Source: an uncultured bacterium
GTDB taxonomy: Bacteria; Verrucomicrobiota; Kiritimatiellia; RFP12; UBA1067
Length of the DNA: 64,000 nucleotides
NCBI GenBank assembly: GCA_902761275.1
Contig: CACWJS010000001.1
Span: 11,477 to 75,476 of the forward strand
Reading direction: 5' to 3'
The notes under the pieces are model-generated. The model saw only the letters and a list, made by a program, of their open reading frames with translations. It ran no database searches and was not told where the DNA came from. The position numbers were made by a program, and so were the translations under genes. Shown piece after piece: positions 36,333 to 45,914 of the stretch. Numbering within the stretch: the first letter of the stretch is position 1; each line of letters starts with the position of its first letter.

Positions 36333-37439
36333 TCAGTAGCCGTTCTGCTGGAGCCACGCCGCGGCGTTCCTGTCGCCGCGCGCGGCCATGCCGCGCACCT
36401 TCCAGGCGAGACTCTCTTTTTCGTCCTTCCTGACGCCGGTGCCGAGACTGTAGCACGACGAGAGGTTGTCCATGGCGGGAGCGAAACCGCGGGCCGCAGC
36501 GGCGCGATACCACTTCACCGCCTCCGCCTCGTCCTTCGCGACACCGTCGCCGTTGTAGCAGCACATGCCGTATGCGTTCATCGCCTCGGCGTTGCCGAGC
36601 TCAGAGGCCTCCTTCAGCAGCTCGACGGCCTTCTTGGCGTCCTTCTCGACGCCTTCTCCGCGCTGCAGGGCGAGAGCGTAGTTGAACATGCCGTAGGCAT
36701 TGCCGAGATCGGCGCTCCTCGCAAACCACTTTGCCGCAGTCGCGGGATTTGCCCGCACGACTATGCCGTCGCGGTAGAACCCTCCGATGTTGTTGATCGA
36801 CTCGGGATGCCCCGCCTCCGCGCTCGCGCAAAAGCATTTGTAGGCAAGATCCTCGTCCACCACGCAGCCGTAGCCCTGCATATAGCACATACCGAGGTTG
36901 TAAAGCCCGTTGGCGTCGCCTGCGTCGGCCGCCTTCTTGAAGATGCCGAAGCACTTTACGAGGACGCGCTCCACTTCGTTCGTCTCCATCGACGGGCTCC
37001 TGAGCGCTTTTGTCAGCGTTATGGTGCCCCATGCGTTCAGCGCCTGGACGTTGTCGCCGTCTGCCGCGCGCTTCAGGAACGACATGTCGTTCTTCTCGAG
37101 CGAAAGGAGATACCACGCAAGGGCGTTGTTCTTCTCCTCGGCGAGGCGGCGTATCTTGTCCCTCGCCTGGTCGAGATACTCCTTGCGCTTCTCTGGGGTG
37201 AGGCGAAGTTTCTTCGGGAGGTCGCTGTCGTTTGCGACAAGCGCAATGACAAACTGCTGAAGCGGGCGACCCTCCTTCGCGTCCGCGGCAACTATCTTCG
37301 CCGCCTCCTTGAATTCGCTGCGACTTCCAGACGCCCTGGAATTGAGGAGCCGAACTATCGCATCGGACGACTTGCTCGCCGCGAAGGACGCGGGGACTAG
37401 TGCGAGGGCGCAGAGCGCGGCTGCAAATATCCTTTTCAT
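36333..37439 (-). CDS. Secreted Sel1/TPR-like repeat protein
   Basis: Signal peptide; repeated Sel1 units (GLYNLGMCYMQGYGC, NNIGGFYRDG, YGMFNYALALQRGEGVEKD, MNAYGMCCYNGDGV). Confidence 0.8.
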   Translation of the reverse strand: MKRIFAAALCALALVPASFAASKSSDAIVRLLNSRASGSRSEFKEAAKIVAADAKEGRPLQQFVIALVANDSDLPKKLRLTPEKRKEYLDQARDKIRRLAEEKNNALAWYLLSLEKNDMSFLKRAADGDNVQALNAWGTITLTKALRSPSMETNEVERVLVKCFGIFKKAADAGDANGLYNLGMCYMQGYGCVVDEDLAYKCFCASAEAGHPESINNIGGFYRDGIVVRANPATAAKWFARSADLGNAYGMFNYALALQRGEGVEKDAKKAVELLKEASELGNAEAMNAYGMCCYNGDGVAKDEAEAVKWYRAAAARGFAPAMDNLSSCYSLGTGVRKDEKESLAWKVRGMAARGDRNAAAWLQQNGY

Positions 37440-38671
37440 TGCGAAAGCGAGATCTCCTTCTCTTCGCGCGTGGCGAGGTCCTTCATCCGCGCGACGCCTT
37501 TCTCAACGTCGTCCGGGCCAAGGAACACTGCCTTCGCGGCACCTGACTCCGCCGCGTGCGAGAAGAACTTCTTTGGCTTCTGGCTGCGAAGCGCGAGGTC
37601 AACGCACTCGCCCGACTTCCTGAGCCGCGCCGCAAGCGACACCGCCGCGTCGCGCTGCTCGGGGAACATGAAGCCGATGGCGACGCCCTTCCTCGCGGCC
37701 GCCGCGTCCTCGCCGAGCCGCGCCTTGAGAAGCTCGGTGACTACAACGTCGCCAAACCCGAGGCCAACGGCGCTCGTCGGCTCGCCGCCGATAGTCGTCA
37801 GAAGGTTGTCGTACCTGCCGCCGCCGAAGATCGCACGGAACTCGCCCTTAGTGTCGAAGCACTCGAAGACGACGCCAGTGTAGTAGCTGAGACCGCGGAT
37901 CACGGAGATGTCGAACTCGAGGCAGTCCGAGAAGCCGGCGATCTCCGCAAGGCGGAAAAGCTCGACGAGCTCGGGGCAGGCGGAGTAGTCCTTCGTCTCC
38001 ATGATGGCAAAGGTCGCCTCGATCTCGGCGTCCGAAAGCCCGCCGTCCTTTAGCATCGCGGCGATTTCTGCGTCGGGCATCTTGCCGCGCTTGTCGAGCG
38101 CAAGGAACACCTGGGCGTGGCGGTCCGCGGCGATGCCGCTCTTCGCGAGGAGTTCGCCGAGGAACTTTCTGGACGAGACATGCACCTTGAAGTCGGAGGA
38201 CGAGAGGCCCATGCGGCGGAGCGCGTCGCAGGCGGCGCCGATGACTTCGGCTTCCGCAAGCACGGAGTCCTCTCCTATGATGTCGAGGTTCCACTGGTAG
38301 TGCTCGCGCTTGCGGCCCTTCGTCATGCGCTCGTAGCGGAAGCATTGCGCGATAGTCGTCCACTTGAGAGGGAAGGATAGTTCCTTCTGGCGCTGCGCGA
38401 CCATACGCGCGAGCGTGGGCGTCATCTCGGCCCTAAGGGCTAAGTGGCGCTCTGACTTGTCGAAAAAGTGGTAAATCTGCTCGCCGACTTCCTCGCCCGC
38501 CTTGCGGGCAAGTAGCTCGTAGCTCTCGACGACGCACGCATCGTACTGACGGAACCCCGCCGCCGCCCCCGCGGCGCGAAACGCGTCGAAAACGCGGCTG
38601 CGCCACGCCATGTCCTCGGGATAGAAGTCCCTCATTCCGCGAGGCGGCTCAAAACTGATCTTGTCTGCCAT
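37436..38671 (-). CDS. hisS: Histidine--tRNA ligase
   Basis: Class II motifs (FRYERMTKGRKREHYQ, GGGRYD), HGGGH-equivalent region, anticodon-binding C domain; -10 GATAAT ends ~9 nt before ATG (near-leaderless). Confidence 0.9.
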   Translation of the reverse strand: MADKISFEPPRGMRDFYPEDMAWRSRVFDAFRAAGAAAGFRQYDACVVESYELLARKAGEEVGEQIYHFFDKSERHLALRAEMTPTLARMVAQRQKELSFPLKWTTIAQCFRYERMTKGRKREHYQWNLDIIGEDSVLAEAEVIGAACDALRRMGLSSSDFKVHVSSRKFLGELLAKSGIAADRHAQVFLALDKRGKMPDAEIAAMLKDGGLSDAEIEATFAIMETKDYSACPELVELFRLAEIAGFSDCLEFDISVIRGLSYYTGVVFECFDTKGEFRAIFGGGRYDNLLTTIGGEPTSAVGLGFGDVVVTELLKARLGEDAAAARKGVAIGFMFPEQRDAAVSLAARLRKSGECVDLALRSQKPKKFFSHAAESGAAKAVFLGPDDVEKGVARMKDLATREEKEISLSQ

Positions 38672-38720
38672 AGGTCGGTATTATCCTAAAAATCGCAGAC
38701 AAGGTCAAGTGGGAGACGGG

Positions 38721-38837
38721 TTAGCACTGATTTTCCTCGTGCAGCGGATTCGTTATCGCCAGCACCGCAAGCGGAACGAGCCAACAAAGCGCCGCGGCAA
38801 GGACCACCAGCTTGGGTCTATCATTCGTTTCGGACAT
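38721..38837 (-). CDS. Putative 38-aa single-TM peptide
   Basis: MSETNDRPKLVVLAAALCWLVPLAVLAITNPLHEENQC; GGAAAGG SD; starts 4 nt after isochorismatase stop; below the ORF-track size cut-off. Confidence 0.25.
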   Translation of the reverse strand: MSETNDRPKLVVLAAALCWLVPLAVLAITNPLHEENQC

Positions 38838-38841
38838 GTAG

Positions 38842-39393
38842 TTACCTTTCCGCAAGATATTCATCCGTGGACATCAATTTGACATGCAACGGCGCCAATC
38901 CTGCCAGAACCACTCGCGTCGCCGCGGCCTTTTCCTTGTCTAGGCCGCTCGTCGCATCGGTAAGATAAACGGCATACACCCCTGCATCGATCAAGCCGAA
39001 AACGGTGGACAGAACACAGCAGTCGTCGACAACTCCGGTCACCACGACCCTCTTCGCCCTTCGACATGCATCCCGGACTTGCGGGACGCAAAGTGACGAG
39101 TACTCAGACTTCGAATAAACCGGGAATCGGCCCGCCAGCGCGGCAATCTGCGGCAAAAGCTCATTCGCATGCAGGTCCTCGTTGATGGTCTTGTACTTCT
39201 GATTATATTCTTTCCAGACCCCTTGTGGATTCTCGCCCGCGATGAACTTCGTAATGATAGCGGAATCCACGGCGCCGCTTTCAACGATACGCCGAATGTT
39301 TTCGGCAGCGCCCGCGGCATCCATGCATTCCCACGCCCCGCCCTTTGCGTAGACGTTCTGCATGTCGATTATCAAAAGCAGGTCACCTTTCAT
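38842..39393 (-). CDS. Isochorismatase-family cysteine hydrolase
   Basis: 183 aa; catalytic Asp (LLLIIDMQNV) and Cys (GVVDDCCVLSTV). Confidence 0.8.
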   Translation of the reverse strand: MKGDLLLIIDMQNVYAKGGAWECMDAAGAAENIRRIVESGAVDSAIITKFIAGENPQGVWKEYNQKYKTINEDLHANELLPQIAALAGRFPVYSKSEYSSLCVPQVRDACRRAKRVVVTGVVDDCCVLSTVFGLIDAGVYAVYLTDATSGLDKEKAAATRVVLAGLAPLHVKLMSTDEYLAER

Positions 39394-39544
39394 TGTCCTG
39401 ATTCCTCTCCTTCAATTTAATTCTATAGCTATTATACCATATCTTTAGTGCCTCAAAAGTGATTCGAACCCTTACGCCTTTTGTCCCCAGGTTTCAAGTC
39501 CGACGCGGACACATCTCCTCGGTGGCGGATAGATCAACGATAGA

Positions 39545-39586
39545 GGGGCACTGAAAAATAAGGCTTTTGTGGGGCCTTGTCCCCAC
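39545..39586 (-). terminator. Rho-independent terminator downstream of pdxK
   Basis: Minus-strand RNA GUGGGGACAAGGCCCCAC (6-bp GC stem) followed by AAAAGCCUUAUUUUU. Confidence 0.5.
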
Positions 39587-39641
39587 GAAAGCTCGAAGGC
39601 ACAGAGTTATATTCTCTGAGTCTTTGTGCTTTTGGGTTAAA

Positions 39642-40466
39642 TTACAGCCCAGAAAGCTGCTGCACGAGGAACGGGATGGCGCGCTCGAAGCTAACGCCAT
39701 ACCAATGACCATCCTCGGTCGCCTTGATCGCCTCACAGACGACATCGGCCGCGAGAGCTGCGGCTTCAAGCGCCGTCTTGCCGCGCAGCACCGCGCCTGC
39801 AAAGACAGACGCATAGACATCGCCCGTTCCGTGGCTCATCTTCTCAAGCTTCGGATTGAAATCGTACTGCACCGTCGAACCGTCGGAAACGGCGCTTCCG
39901 AGCTCGTCCGGCGAGAAGCTGACTCCCGTGAGGACGACATTCTTCGCGCCGAGCGCGTGAAGCTTCGCAATCAGCGACTCAAGCTCGCCCTTCGTATAGC
40001 CGGAGAGCTTCGGCTTTTCGCCGACGAGCAGCGCCGCCTCGGTGAGATTCGGAAGAATGTAGTCCGCACCATTGACGAGCCGCGCCATCTTCGAGGGGAA
40101 GTCGGGCGCGAAGCCGGCGTAGAGAACGCCGTTGTCGGCCATCGCAGGATCGACGACGCGAATCGCGTCCTTCTCGGCGCACGTCTTGAAGATCGAGAGA
40201 ATCGGGTCGATGTGGCTTTCGCAGACATAGCCCGTGTAGAACGCGTCAAAGCGGATGCCATGCTCGATCCACTTCGCCTCGACCTTGGGAAGTTCGCCAG
40301 TCAAGTCTGCGAAAGTCCACGACTTGAAGCCGCCGGTGTGGTTAGAGAGGATCGCGGGCGGAAGGACGGCGCACTCGACGCCGCATGCGGAGACGAGCGG
40401 GAGCGCGACCGTGGTGGAGCACTGCCCTACGCAAGAGATGTCCTGTATCGTAAGAAGCCGTTTCAT
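39642..40466 (-). CDS. pdxK: Pyridoxal/pyridoxine/pyridoxamine kinase (PdxK/PdxY, ribokinase fold)
   Basis: 274 aa; RVVDPAMADNG, C-terminal GTGDVYASVFAG anion hole. Confidence 0.8.
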   Translation of the reverse strand: MKRLLTIQDISCVGQCSTTVALPLVSACGVECAVLPPAILSNHTGGFKSWTFADLTGELPKVEAKWIEHGIRFDAFYTGYVCESHIDPILSIFKTCAEKDAIRVVDPAMADNGVLYAGFAPDFPSKMARLVNGADYILPNLTEAALLVGEKPKLSGYTKGELESLIAKLHALGAKNVVLTGVSFSPDELGSAVSDGSTVQYDFNPKLEKMSHGTGDVYASVFAGAVLRGKTALEAAALAADVVCEAIKATEDGHWYGVSFERAIPFLVQQLSGL

Positions 40467-40476
40467 CTTAAACCTT

Positions 40477-41055
40477 TCACTTGATGAGCGACAGAAATTC
40501 CTGGCGAACCTTCTCGTCGGTCCTGAACGTGCCGAGAACAGCCGAAGTCGTCATTTCGCTGTTCTGTTTCTCGACGCCGCGCATCATCATACAGAGGTGC
40601 TTCGCCTTGATGACGACGCCAACGCCTTCCGCGCCAGTCTCGGCCATCACCGCGTCCGCGATCTCCTCGGTCATGCGCTCCTGTATCTGAAGCCGCCGCG
40701 CGTACATGTCGACTATGCGCGCAAGTTTCGAGACGCCGAGCACCTTGCCCTGGGAAATGTAGCCGATTGCGCACTTGCCGTAGAAAGGCAGCATGTGGTG
40801 CTCGCAAAGAGAGTAGAGCTCGATGTCCTTCAGGATCACCATGTGGTTCGTGCCCGACTTGAACCGCGCGCCGTTCACGACCTTGGCGATGTCCTGCCTG
40901 TAGCCGCGCGTCAGGAACGAAAGCGACCTCGCGACCCTCTCGGGGGTCTTCTTTAGTCCGTCGCGTCCGGGGTCCTCGCCAAGCTCGACGAGGAGATCCT
41001 TCACGAGCTTAGCAATCTTCGCCTCGTTCGGCACTTTCGCTGCTTTCTTCTTCAT
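40477..41055 (-). CDS. folE: GTP cyclohydrolase I
   Basis: True start [12 protein letters not shown] at 41055; FolE core ([34 protein letters not shown]); TGGTATAAT ends 9 nt before ATG (leaderless-type). Confidence 0.85.
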   Translation of the reverse strand: MKKKAAKVPNEAKIAKLVKDLLVELGEDPGRDGLKKTPERVARSLSFLTRGYRQDIAKVVNGARFKSGTNHMVILKDIELYSLCEHHMLPFYGKCAIGYISQGKVLGVSKLARIVDMYARRLQIQERMTEEIADAVMAETGAEGVGVVIKAKHLCMMMRGVEKQNSEMTTSAVLGTFRTDEKVRQEFLSLIK

Positions 41056-41134
41056 AGGCGTGATATTATACCATATCGTAAGGACAGGCGGCACAGCGCA
41101 AACGACGCACGAATTTGATATACTTCTATACACC

Positions 41135-43048
41135 ATGAAGCACCTCCCCGCAACGACCCTCTCGTTCGTCGCTTTCGCGGCGATGCCGCTTTTCGGAGAA
41201 ACCACCGCGACAAACACAGTAGCGGAACTCGAGCCCGTCGTCGTGACGGCCTCGCCCATCGCAAAGGAAGAGCGCTTTACGCCTGACGGCGCGGAAGTGA
41301 CTTTCGTCGGCTCCGACCAGACTGCGCGTCTCACCGCGCAAGACCTCCCGACGGCGCTTCGCCATGTGCCGGGAGTGTCGATCTCGCGCTATGCGCCGAT
41401 TGGCTCGTACGGCGGCGCGCAGGGCGGGAGCGTCTACGTACGCGGCACAGGCGAAAGCCGCCCGGGATCGTCGCTCACCGTCTTTCAAGACGGCGTTCCC
41501 GCCGTAGGAAGTTTCTTCAGTCATCCATTGCTTGACCTAAACCCGATAGACTTCGCAGAGTCAATCGAAATCACGAAGTCGCCTCGTCCGCGCACCACGC
41601 CGAATTCGTTCACCGCGATAGACATGACGACATGGCGGCAGCGCGAAGAGGGTTTTTCGGGCGAGACTGATCTCGCCTACGGCCGCTTCTCGACGCTCGT
41701 CGCGAGCGCGAAGGCGGGCGTTAAGGAAGGACCCTTCGACTTCGCCGCAGGCGCGGCATACCGCTACAGCGAAGGAAAGCGCGACCACAACATGGCCGAG
41801 CTCAGGAACGCGTTCGCGCGCGGCGGCATAGAACTCACCGAAGCGGACTATCTCACGTTCATCTACCGCCGCGCCGAATCGAAGGTGCAGGATCCCGGCG
41901 CGAAAGGAGAGCCGACGCCGATCCGCGACCAGTTCGACACAGATATGGACTCCTACGCCCTCCGGCTCGACTCCGACCGCGAGTGGATGAAGGGACACTC
42001 ACTCGTCTATGTGACCGACGGACGCATCCGCTGGCACAAGGATCACATCTCCGACACAAACCTCAACTCCCCCTACGGCTGGTCAAAGACAGACTGGCAG
42101 ACCTGGGGCTATCGCGGACTATATGATTTTATCGTCGGCGACGCGACTTTTACGCTCGGCCTCGACGAGATGGTGGAACGCGGCCGCACGAGGACGATAA
42201 ACGAGCGGACTGGCGCGCGCACATGGGCGCCCGGCGAAAAGTACCAGTTTCTCACCTCGCCCTACGCGGCGGCGCGCTACGACTTCGCGCTCGGCGACGG
42301 CTGGACGCTCACGCCTTCTGCTGGCACGCGCTATCACTTCATGAGCGACCTCCACGGCGAATGGGCGCCGTCTGCGGCAATTACGATCGGTACCGACGCG
42401 TTCGGCGTATTTGCATCATACGCGCGGGCAGTCCACTATCCGGGGCTCGTCTTCCGCGCCAACACGACTGCGTGGAACAAGATCGATGCGGAGACGATGG
42501 ACACGTTCACTGTCGGCGTTCGCGCCGCGCCGACGGAATGGCTGACAATCCACGCCTCGGCGTACAGGAACGAGATCGACGACCGCTTCGACCTCGATGC
42601 GGCAGGCCAGTACCACAACGCGAGCGACCTAAAAGCGACGGGCTTCGAACTGACCGCACGCGCAACGCCCACCGACGATCTCGCGCTCTTCGCGGGCGCG
42701 ACATACACAATAGCGGAAACACATCCCGTTTCGCGTCTTCCCGAGGCGACTGGAGTAGTCGGCGCGAGCTGGCGGTTCCTCACCCATCTTCACCTTGACG
42801 CAGACGTCGAATACTCCTCGTCGATGTACGCCTACACGGTGCGCTCGGCCGATCCCGCCGACCTTGCGAAGGTGCCGTGCTTCTGGACTGCGAACATTCG
42901 CCTCGCCTGCGACCTCAAGGCGTTCTCGCCGCTCGACGGAGAAGTCTATGTCGCCGCAGAAAACGCCTTCAACCGCCACTACGAATATTTCCCCGGCTAT
43001 GAAATGCCGGGAACGATGGTCTACGTCGGCTGCAAGCTGAAGTTCTAA
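41135..43048 (+). CDS. TonB-dependent outer-membrane receptor
   Basis: Signal peptide; TonB box EPVVVTASP; plug plus 22-strand barrel length; C-terminal ...VGCKLKF terminal Phe; only plus-strand gene. Confidence 0.85.
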   Translation: MKHLPATTLSFVAFAAMPLFGETTATNTVAELEPVVVTASPIAKEERFTPDGAEVTFVGSDQTARLTAQDLPTALRHVPGVSISRYAPIGSYGGAQGGSVYVRGTGESRPGSSLTVFQDGVPAVGSFFSHPLLDLNPIDFAESIEITKSPRPRTTPNSFTAIDMTTWRQREEGFSGETDLAYGRFSTLVASAKAGVKEGPFDFAAGAAYRYSEGKRDHNMAELRNAFARGGIELTEADYLTFIYRRAESKVQDPGAKGEPTPIRDQFDTDMDSYALRLDSDREWMKGHSLVYVTDGRIRWHKDHISDTNLNSPYGWSKTDWQTWGYRGLYDFIVGDATFTLGLDEMVERGRTRTINERTGARTWAPGEKYQFLTSPYAAARYDFALGDGWTLTPSAGTRYHFMSDLHGEWAPSAAITIGTDAFGVFASYARAVHYPGLVFRANTTAWNKIDAETMDTFTVGVRAAPTEWLTIHASAYRNEIDDRFDLDAAGQYHNASDLKATGFELTARATPTDDLALFAGATYTIAETHPVSRLPEATGVVGASWRFLTHLHLDADVEYSSSMYAYTVRSADPADLAKVPCFWTANIRLACDLKAFSPLDGEVYVAAENAFNRHYEYFPGYEMPGTMVYVGCKLKF

Positions 43049-43120
43049 CGGTGGCCATGTCCGCCGCCGACAAAACAGCCCCTCAGCAGAACAAGCGAAA
43101 AAAGGTCGTCGGACAAAGTA

Positions 43121-43197
43121 AATGCAATTACAACCATTTCCCGCCGACAACCCAACCACAATGCAATTACAACCATTTCCCGCCGACAACCCAACCA
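43121..43197. repeat. 38-bp tandem direct repeat x2 (AATGCAATTACAACCATTTCCCGCCGACAACCCAACCAC) with decaying CA-rich copies downstream
   Basis: Two exact copies, then degenerate CCGACAACAACCAAACCAC-type remnants to ~43380. Confidence 0.7.
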
Positions 43198-43420
43198 CGC
43201 CCCAACCGTCCTTGTCCTGTCCGCCATTCATCCATCCGTACAACCACGACTCAACCACCCTTCGTGTCGAATCCAATAACGATTCCGACACAACCATCCT
43301 CAATCCACGATTCCCCAAACCCGACAACAACCAAACCACTTCTCAACCACAACCCGCAAAGCGAAATAGGCGCAGTGGCGTCTGTTCATTCATGCATCAT
43401 CTTTATGATTCGTTCAAGAG

Positions 43421-45328
43421 TTACTTCGTGGTATCCTTTCGTAAAACAGAACGCAACCAGTCAATTAACATCACACAAAAGCCTATAAGCGATCCGGCAT
43501 TAACTGTTCCGCTAATCCATTTATTTAAATTCTCGCATTTAAAGTTGGCGTAATACACAATGACAAAAAGTGCCAAAGAGAAGGCAATCTTCAAACAGAG
43601 TTTAACAATCTTTAATATCTTTGACCTTTTCTTCTCGCGCAATCTTTCTTTTTGCTGCAACACGAGCAACTCATTTTGTTGTTTTGTTATTATCTCATCT
43701 TTTTCTTTTATCTCTTCTGTCTTTTCAGCTATAATCTTTTGATTTTCGGCCTGAATTGCCTGAACAAATTTCTCATGTTCTAAACGATACTGTCTATTCG
43801 ACTGTATTTCGACCTCTAGACGACCAATGGTTTCAGCCGAGAAATCAAGAGCTTCTTCGCAATTATCATTCTGTATCTCTTCAGGTAGCAATGGTTTTTC
43901 GCTCAAAGCTAGGATACGTGCACCCAACTGTTCTTGATTGATCTCCCCCTTTTTATACTTGAGCATACTATCTTGGTAAATGTCACTTACTTTTTGTGCG
44001 ACAATCTTCGAAATAACGATTCGCGCTTTTAGCAAAACCTCCGCATTAACAGGAAACTTATCACCACCAAAACCTCCATCAAGTTTGTACCACAACAAGT
44101 TTACAATATGGTTTAATGACATCGCATATCGTGCACAACTATTCGCCGGACGCGTCTTTTTATCATTCGCATATTGAGTATCGGAGGCACCAAGGACATT
44201 CCCAGAGTCACTTACAATTAGATACCTTGAGTCCAATTCAAATCCGGCGACTCGTCCACGACGCAACTTATTTACACGACTAATCGCCTCCCAGCCTTCT
44301 ATATCTCGTTCACTGCAGCAACCGGATGGCATTAAATCGTATTTTTTTAAATCTTCTGAATCATAATCGTATTTCTCGTCTTCGCACACTCCAAGCGACC
44401 TTAACTTGGCAAACAAGTCCGCCATCTTGATTCGCACGTCTGAAGACGTTCGGCTCCCATTTACAATCTGTTTCATCGCCGGTTTCTCCACATAAGCCAG
44501 CGAACGTCCCTCAACAATCATTTCGGCACTTTTGAAAAATCGCTCTATCTCAGATTTCACTTCAGAAAAATATCTCAAAGCAATCTTCCCCTTGCGATTT
44601 CCATCCTTTACCAATTGGTAAAAATCTTCTGCAAGTTCTTTATACACACTGCCATTATACCCGGTCAAGTCAAACAATATCTCTGTGTCCAGATACAATG
44701 TTAGTGAATGTTTCAAGCCTCCCCATTCGCTGATGTTACGATTTATGCCAAGGTAAAGAATCCCGCCTTCGCGAACCGAATCCAAAAAAGCCTGCAATTC
44801 TTTATCATCCTCATTTTCAACAATAAATGCACTAATTGTTTCGCTGTATTCAGTGCTGCCAACACCATCAACAAGATATGACACAATGGCCCTTACCACT
44901 CGTTTTCTATCAGCATCCGGATGCTCTTTGCGGATGCAATCAAATATTTTGTCTGCAATTTCGTCATATTTCGTCTCTTTGTTATTCTTCACTTCAACAA
45001 ATTGACCGTCGTCATTGCATAGCGAATCATCAACTTGGTAAGCATTGTTGACTCTGTTGATAAAACCTAACGTTTTCAAAGCAGTTTTTATGACCGCTTC
45101 AGGTATTTTGAATCCAAAATGGCTTTGCAATCTATCTCTCATCTCGGGAAGTGTGAAAGTATGTAAATGCTCATCATAGACGATGTACCCAATAAAATTT
45201 GACAGCAATTGATAAGGGCTTTTATATTTCCCCGAATCGTTCAATGCTTTCAACAACGCAAAAGACGCAATCGCTGTGATTGGCGCCTTTTCAGATTTAA
45301 TCCCATCCAATGCCATATATTTTTCCAT
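43421..45328 (-). CDS. Orphan AT-rich island protein: large soluble N-domain, C-terminal coiled coil, two TM helices (candidate defence/abortive-infection effector)
   Basis: 635 aa, visibly lower GC than neighbours; coiled coil KEKDEIITKQQNELLVLQQKERLREKK; TM helices ILKIVKLCLKIAFSLALFVIVYY and VNAGSLIGFCVMLIDWL; AAAGGAG SD. Confidence 0.6.
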   Translation of the reverse strand: MEKYMALDGIKSEKAPITAIASFALLKALNDSGKYKSPYQLLSNFIGYIVYDEHLHTFTLPEMRDRLQSHFGFKIPEAVIKTALKTLGFINRVNNAYQVDDSLCNDDGQFVEVKNNKETKYDEIADKIFDCIRKEHPDADRKRVVRAIVSYLVDGVGSTEYSETISAFIVENEDDKELQAFLDSVREGGILYLGINRNISEWGGLKHSLTLYLDTEILFDLTGYNGSVYKELAEDFYQLVKDGNRKGKIALRYFSEVKSEIERFFKSAEMIVEGRSLAYVEKPAMKQIVNGSRTSSDVRIKMADLFAKLRSLGVCEDEKYDYDSEDLKKYDLMPSGCCSERDIEGWEAISRVNKLRRGRVAGFELDSRYLIVSDSGNVLGASDTQYANDKKTRPANSCARYAMSLNHIVNLLWYKLDGGFGGDKFPVNAEVLLKARIVISKIVAQKVSDIYQDSMLKYKKGEINQEQLGARILALSEKPLLPEEIQNDNCEEALDFSAETIGRLEVEIQSNRQYRLEHEKFVQAIQAENQKIIAEKTEEIKEKDEIITKQQNELLVLQQKERLREKKRSKILKIVKLCLKIAFSLALFVIVYYANFKCENLNKWISGTVNAGSLIGFCVMLIDWLRSVLRKDTTK

Positions 45329-45430
45329 GTTTTGTGTCTCCTTTCTCTTTCAAAGCTTACGTAGTTTAATCTGCTAATACCGATCTCATAAATAAGTAAT
45401 ACCGATGATATATTCCCGCTAATATCCCCT

Positions 45431-45883
45431 CTACCACAACCCGTTGTCCCAGATCTGCTTGAGGATGAAATCGCAGTCGAGGGTCTTGTTGGTGATAGAC
45501 GACTTCTCGTGCTGCGCCTGGACATCTGCGGCCGTCTGGCGCGGGAGAAACTCGTCGCGGAAATACACCCATCCTGGCCTTAGCTCTGAGAGAAGATTTG
45601 TTATCGCCGGCTCGCTCGACGCATCCATCGCGCCGATCAGTCGCGTCACGGAGTTTGAAATGGCTGGAATGTCCGAGAACAACACGTCGTATGACACCAC
45701 GAGATGTGCGCCGACGAGGTCATTGGAATTCGCCGCAAGTCGCGTCTGTGCAAGTTCCAGGACATTCGTCCACTTGCCGACGTACCAGTCATTCGTTACC
45801 GCCGCAAAGGTATTCTCAGTGGGAACGGCGCGTGCCGAAAGCGCCAAGGCCAATGCCATTGCCGCAGTTGCCAATGTCTTCAT
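45431..45883 (-). CDS. Small secreted protein (hypothetical), downstream partner of giant paralog A
   Basis: Signal peptide MKTLATAAMALALALSARA; 150 aa. Confidence 0.5.
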   Translation of the reverse strand: MKTLATAAMALALALSARAVPTENTFAAVTNDWYVGKWTNVLELAQTRLAANSNDLVGAHLVVSYDVLFSDIPAISNSVTRLIGAMDASSEPAITNLLSELRPGWVYFRDEFLPRQTAADVQAQHEKSSITNKTLDCDFILKQIWDNGLW

Positions 45884-45914
45884 GATTTTTCCTTTCTGTT
45901 TACGTTATTTGTTC

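Noticed and set aside
39447-39551. tRNA-like T-arm motif (minus strand GGGTTCGAATC) with flanking complementary ends (AGTGCC / GGCACT) in the isochorismatase-pdxK intergenic region
   Set aside because: I could not fold a complete cloverleaf: no 7-bp acceptor stem at tRNA spacing, no anticodon stem-loop, and the candidate span is ~105 nt. It is most likely a chance match or a degenerate tRNA remnant. tRNAscan-SE or Infernal would settle it.
43051-43553. Plus-strand ORFs of 143-145 aa just after the TonB receptor
   Set aside because: Their sequence (…CNYNHFPPTTQPQCNYNHFPPTTQP…) is a direct read-through of the 38-bp tandem repeat and CA-rich DNA. It is not protein-like.
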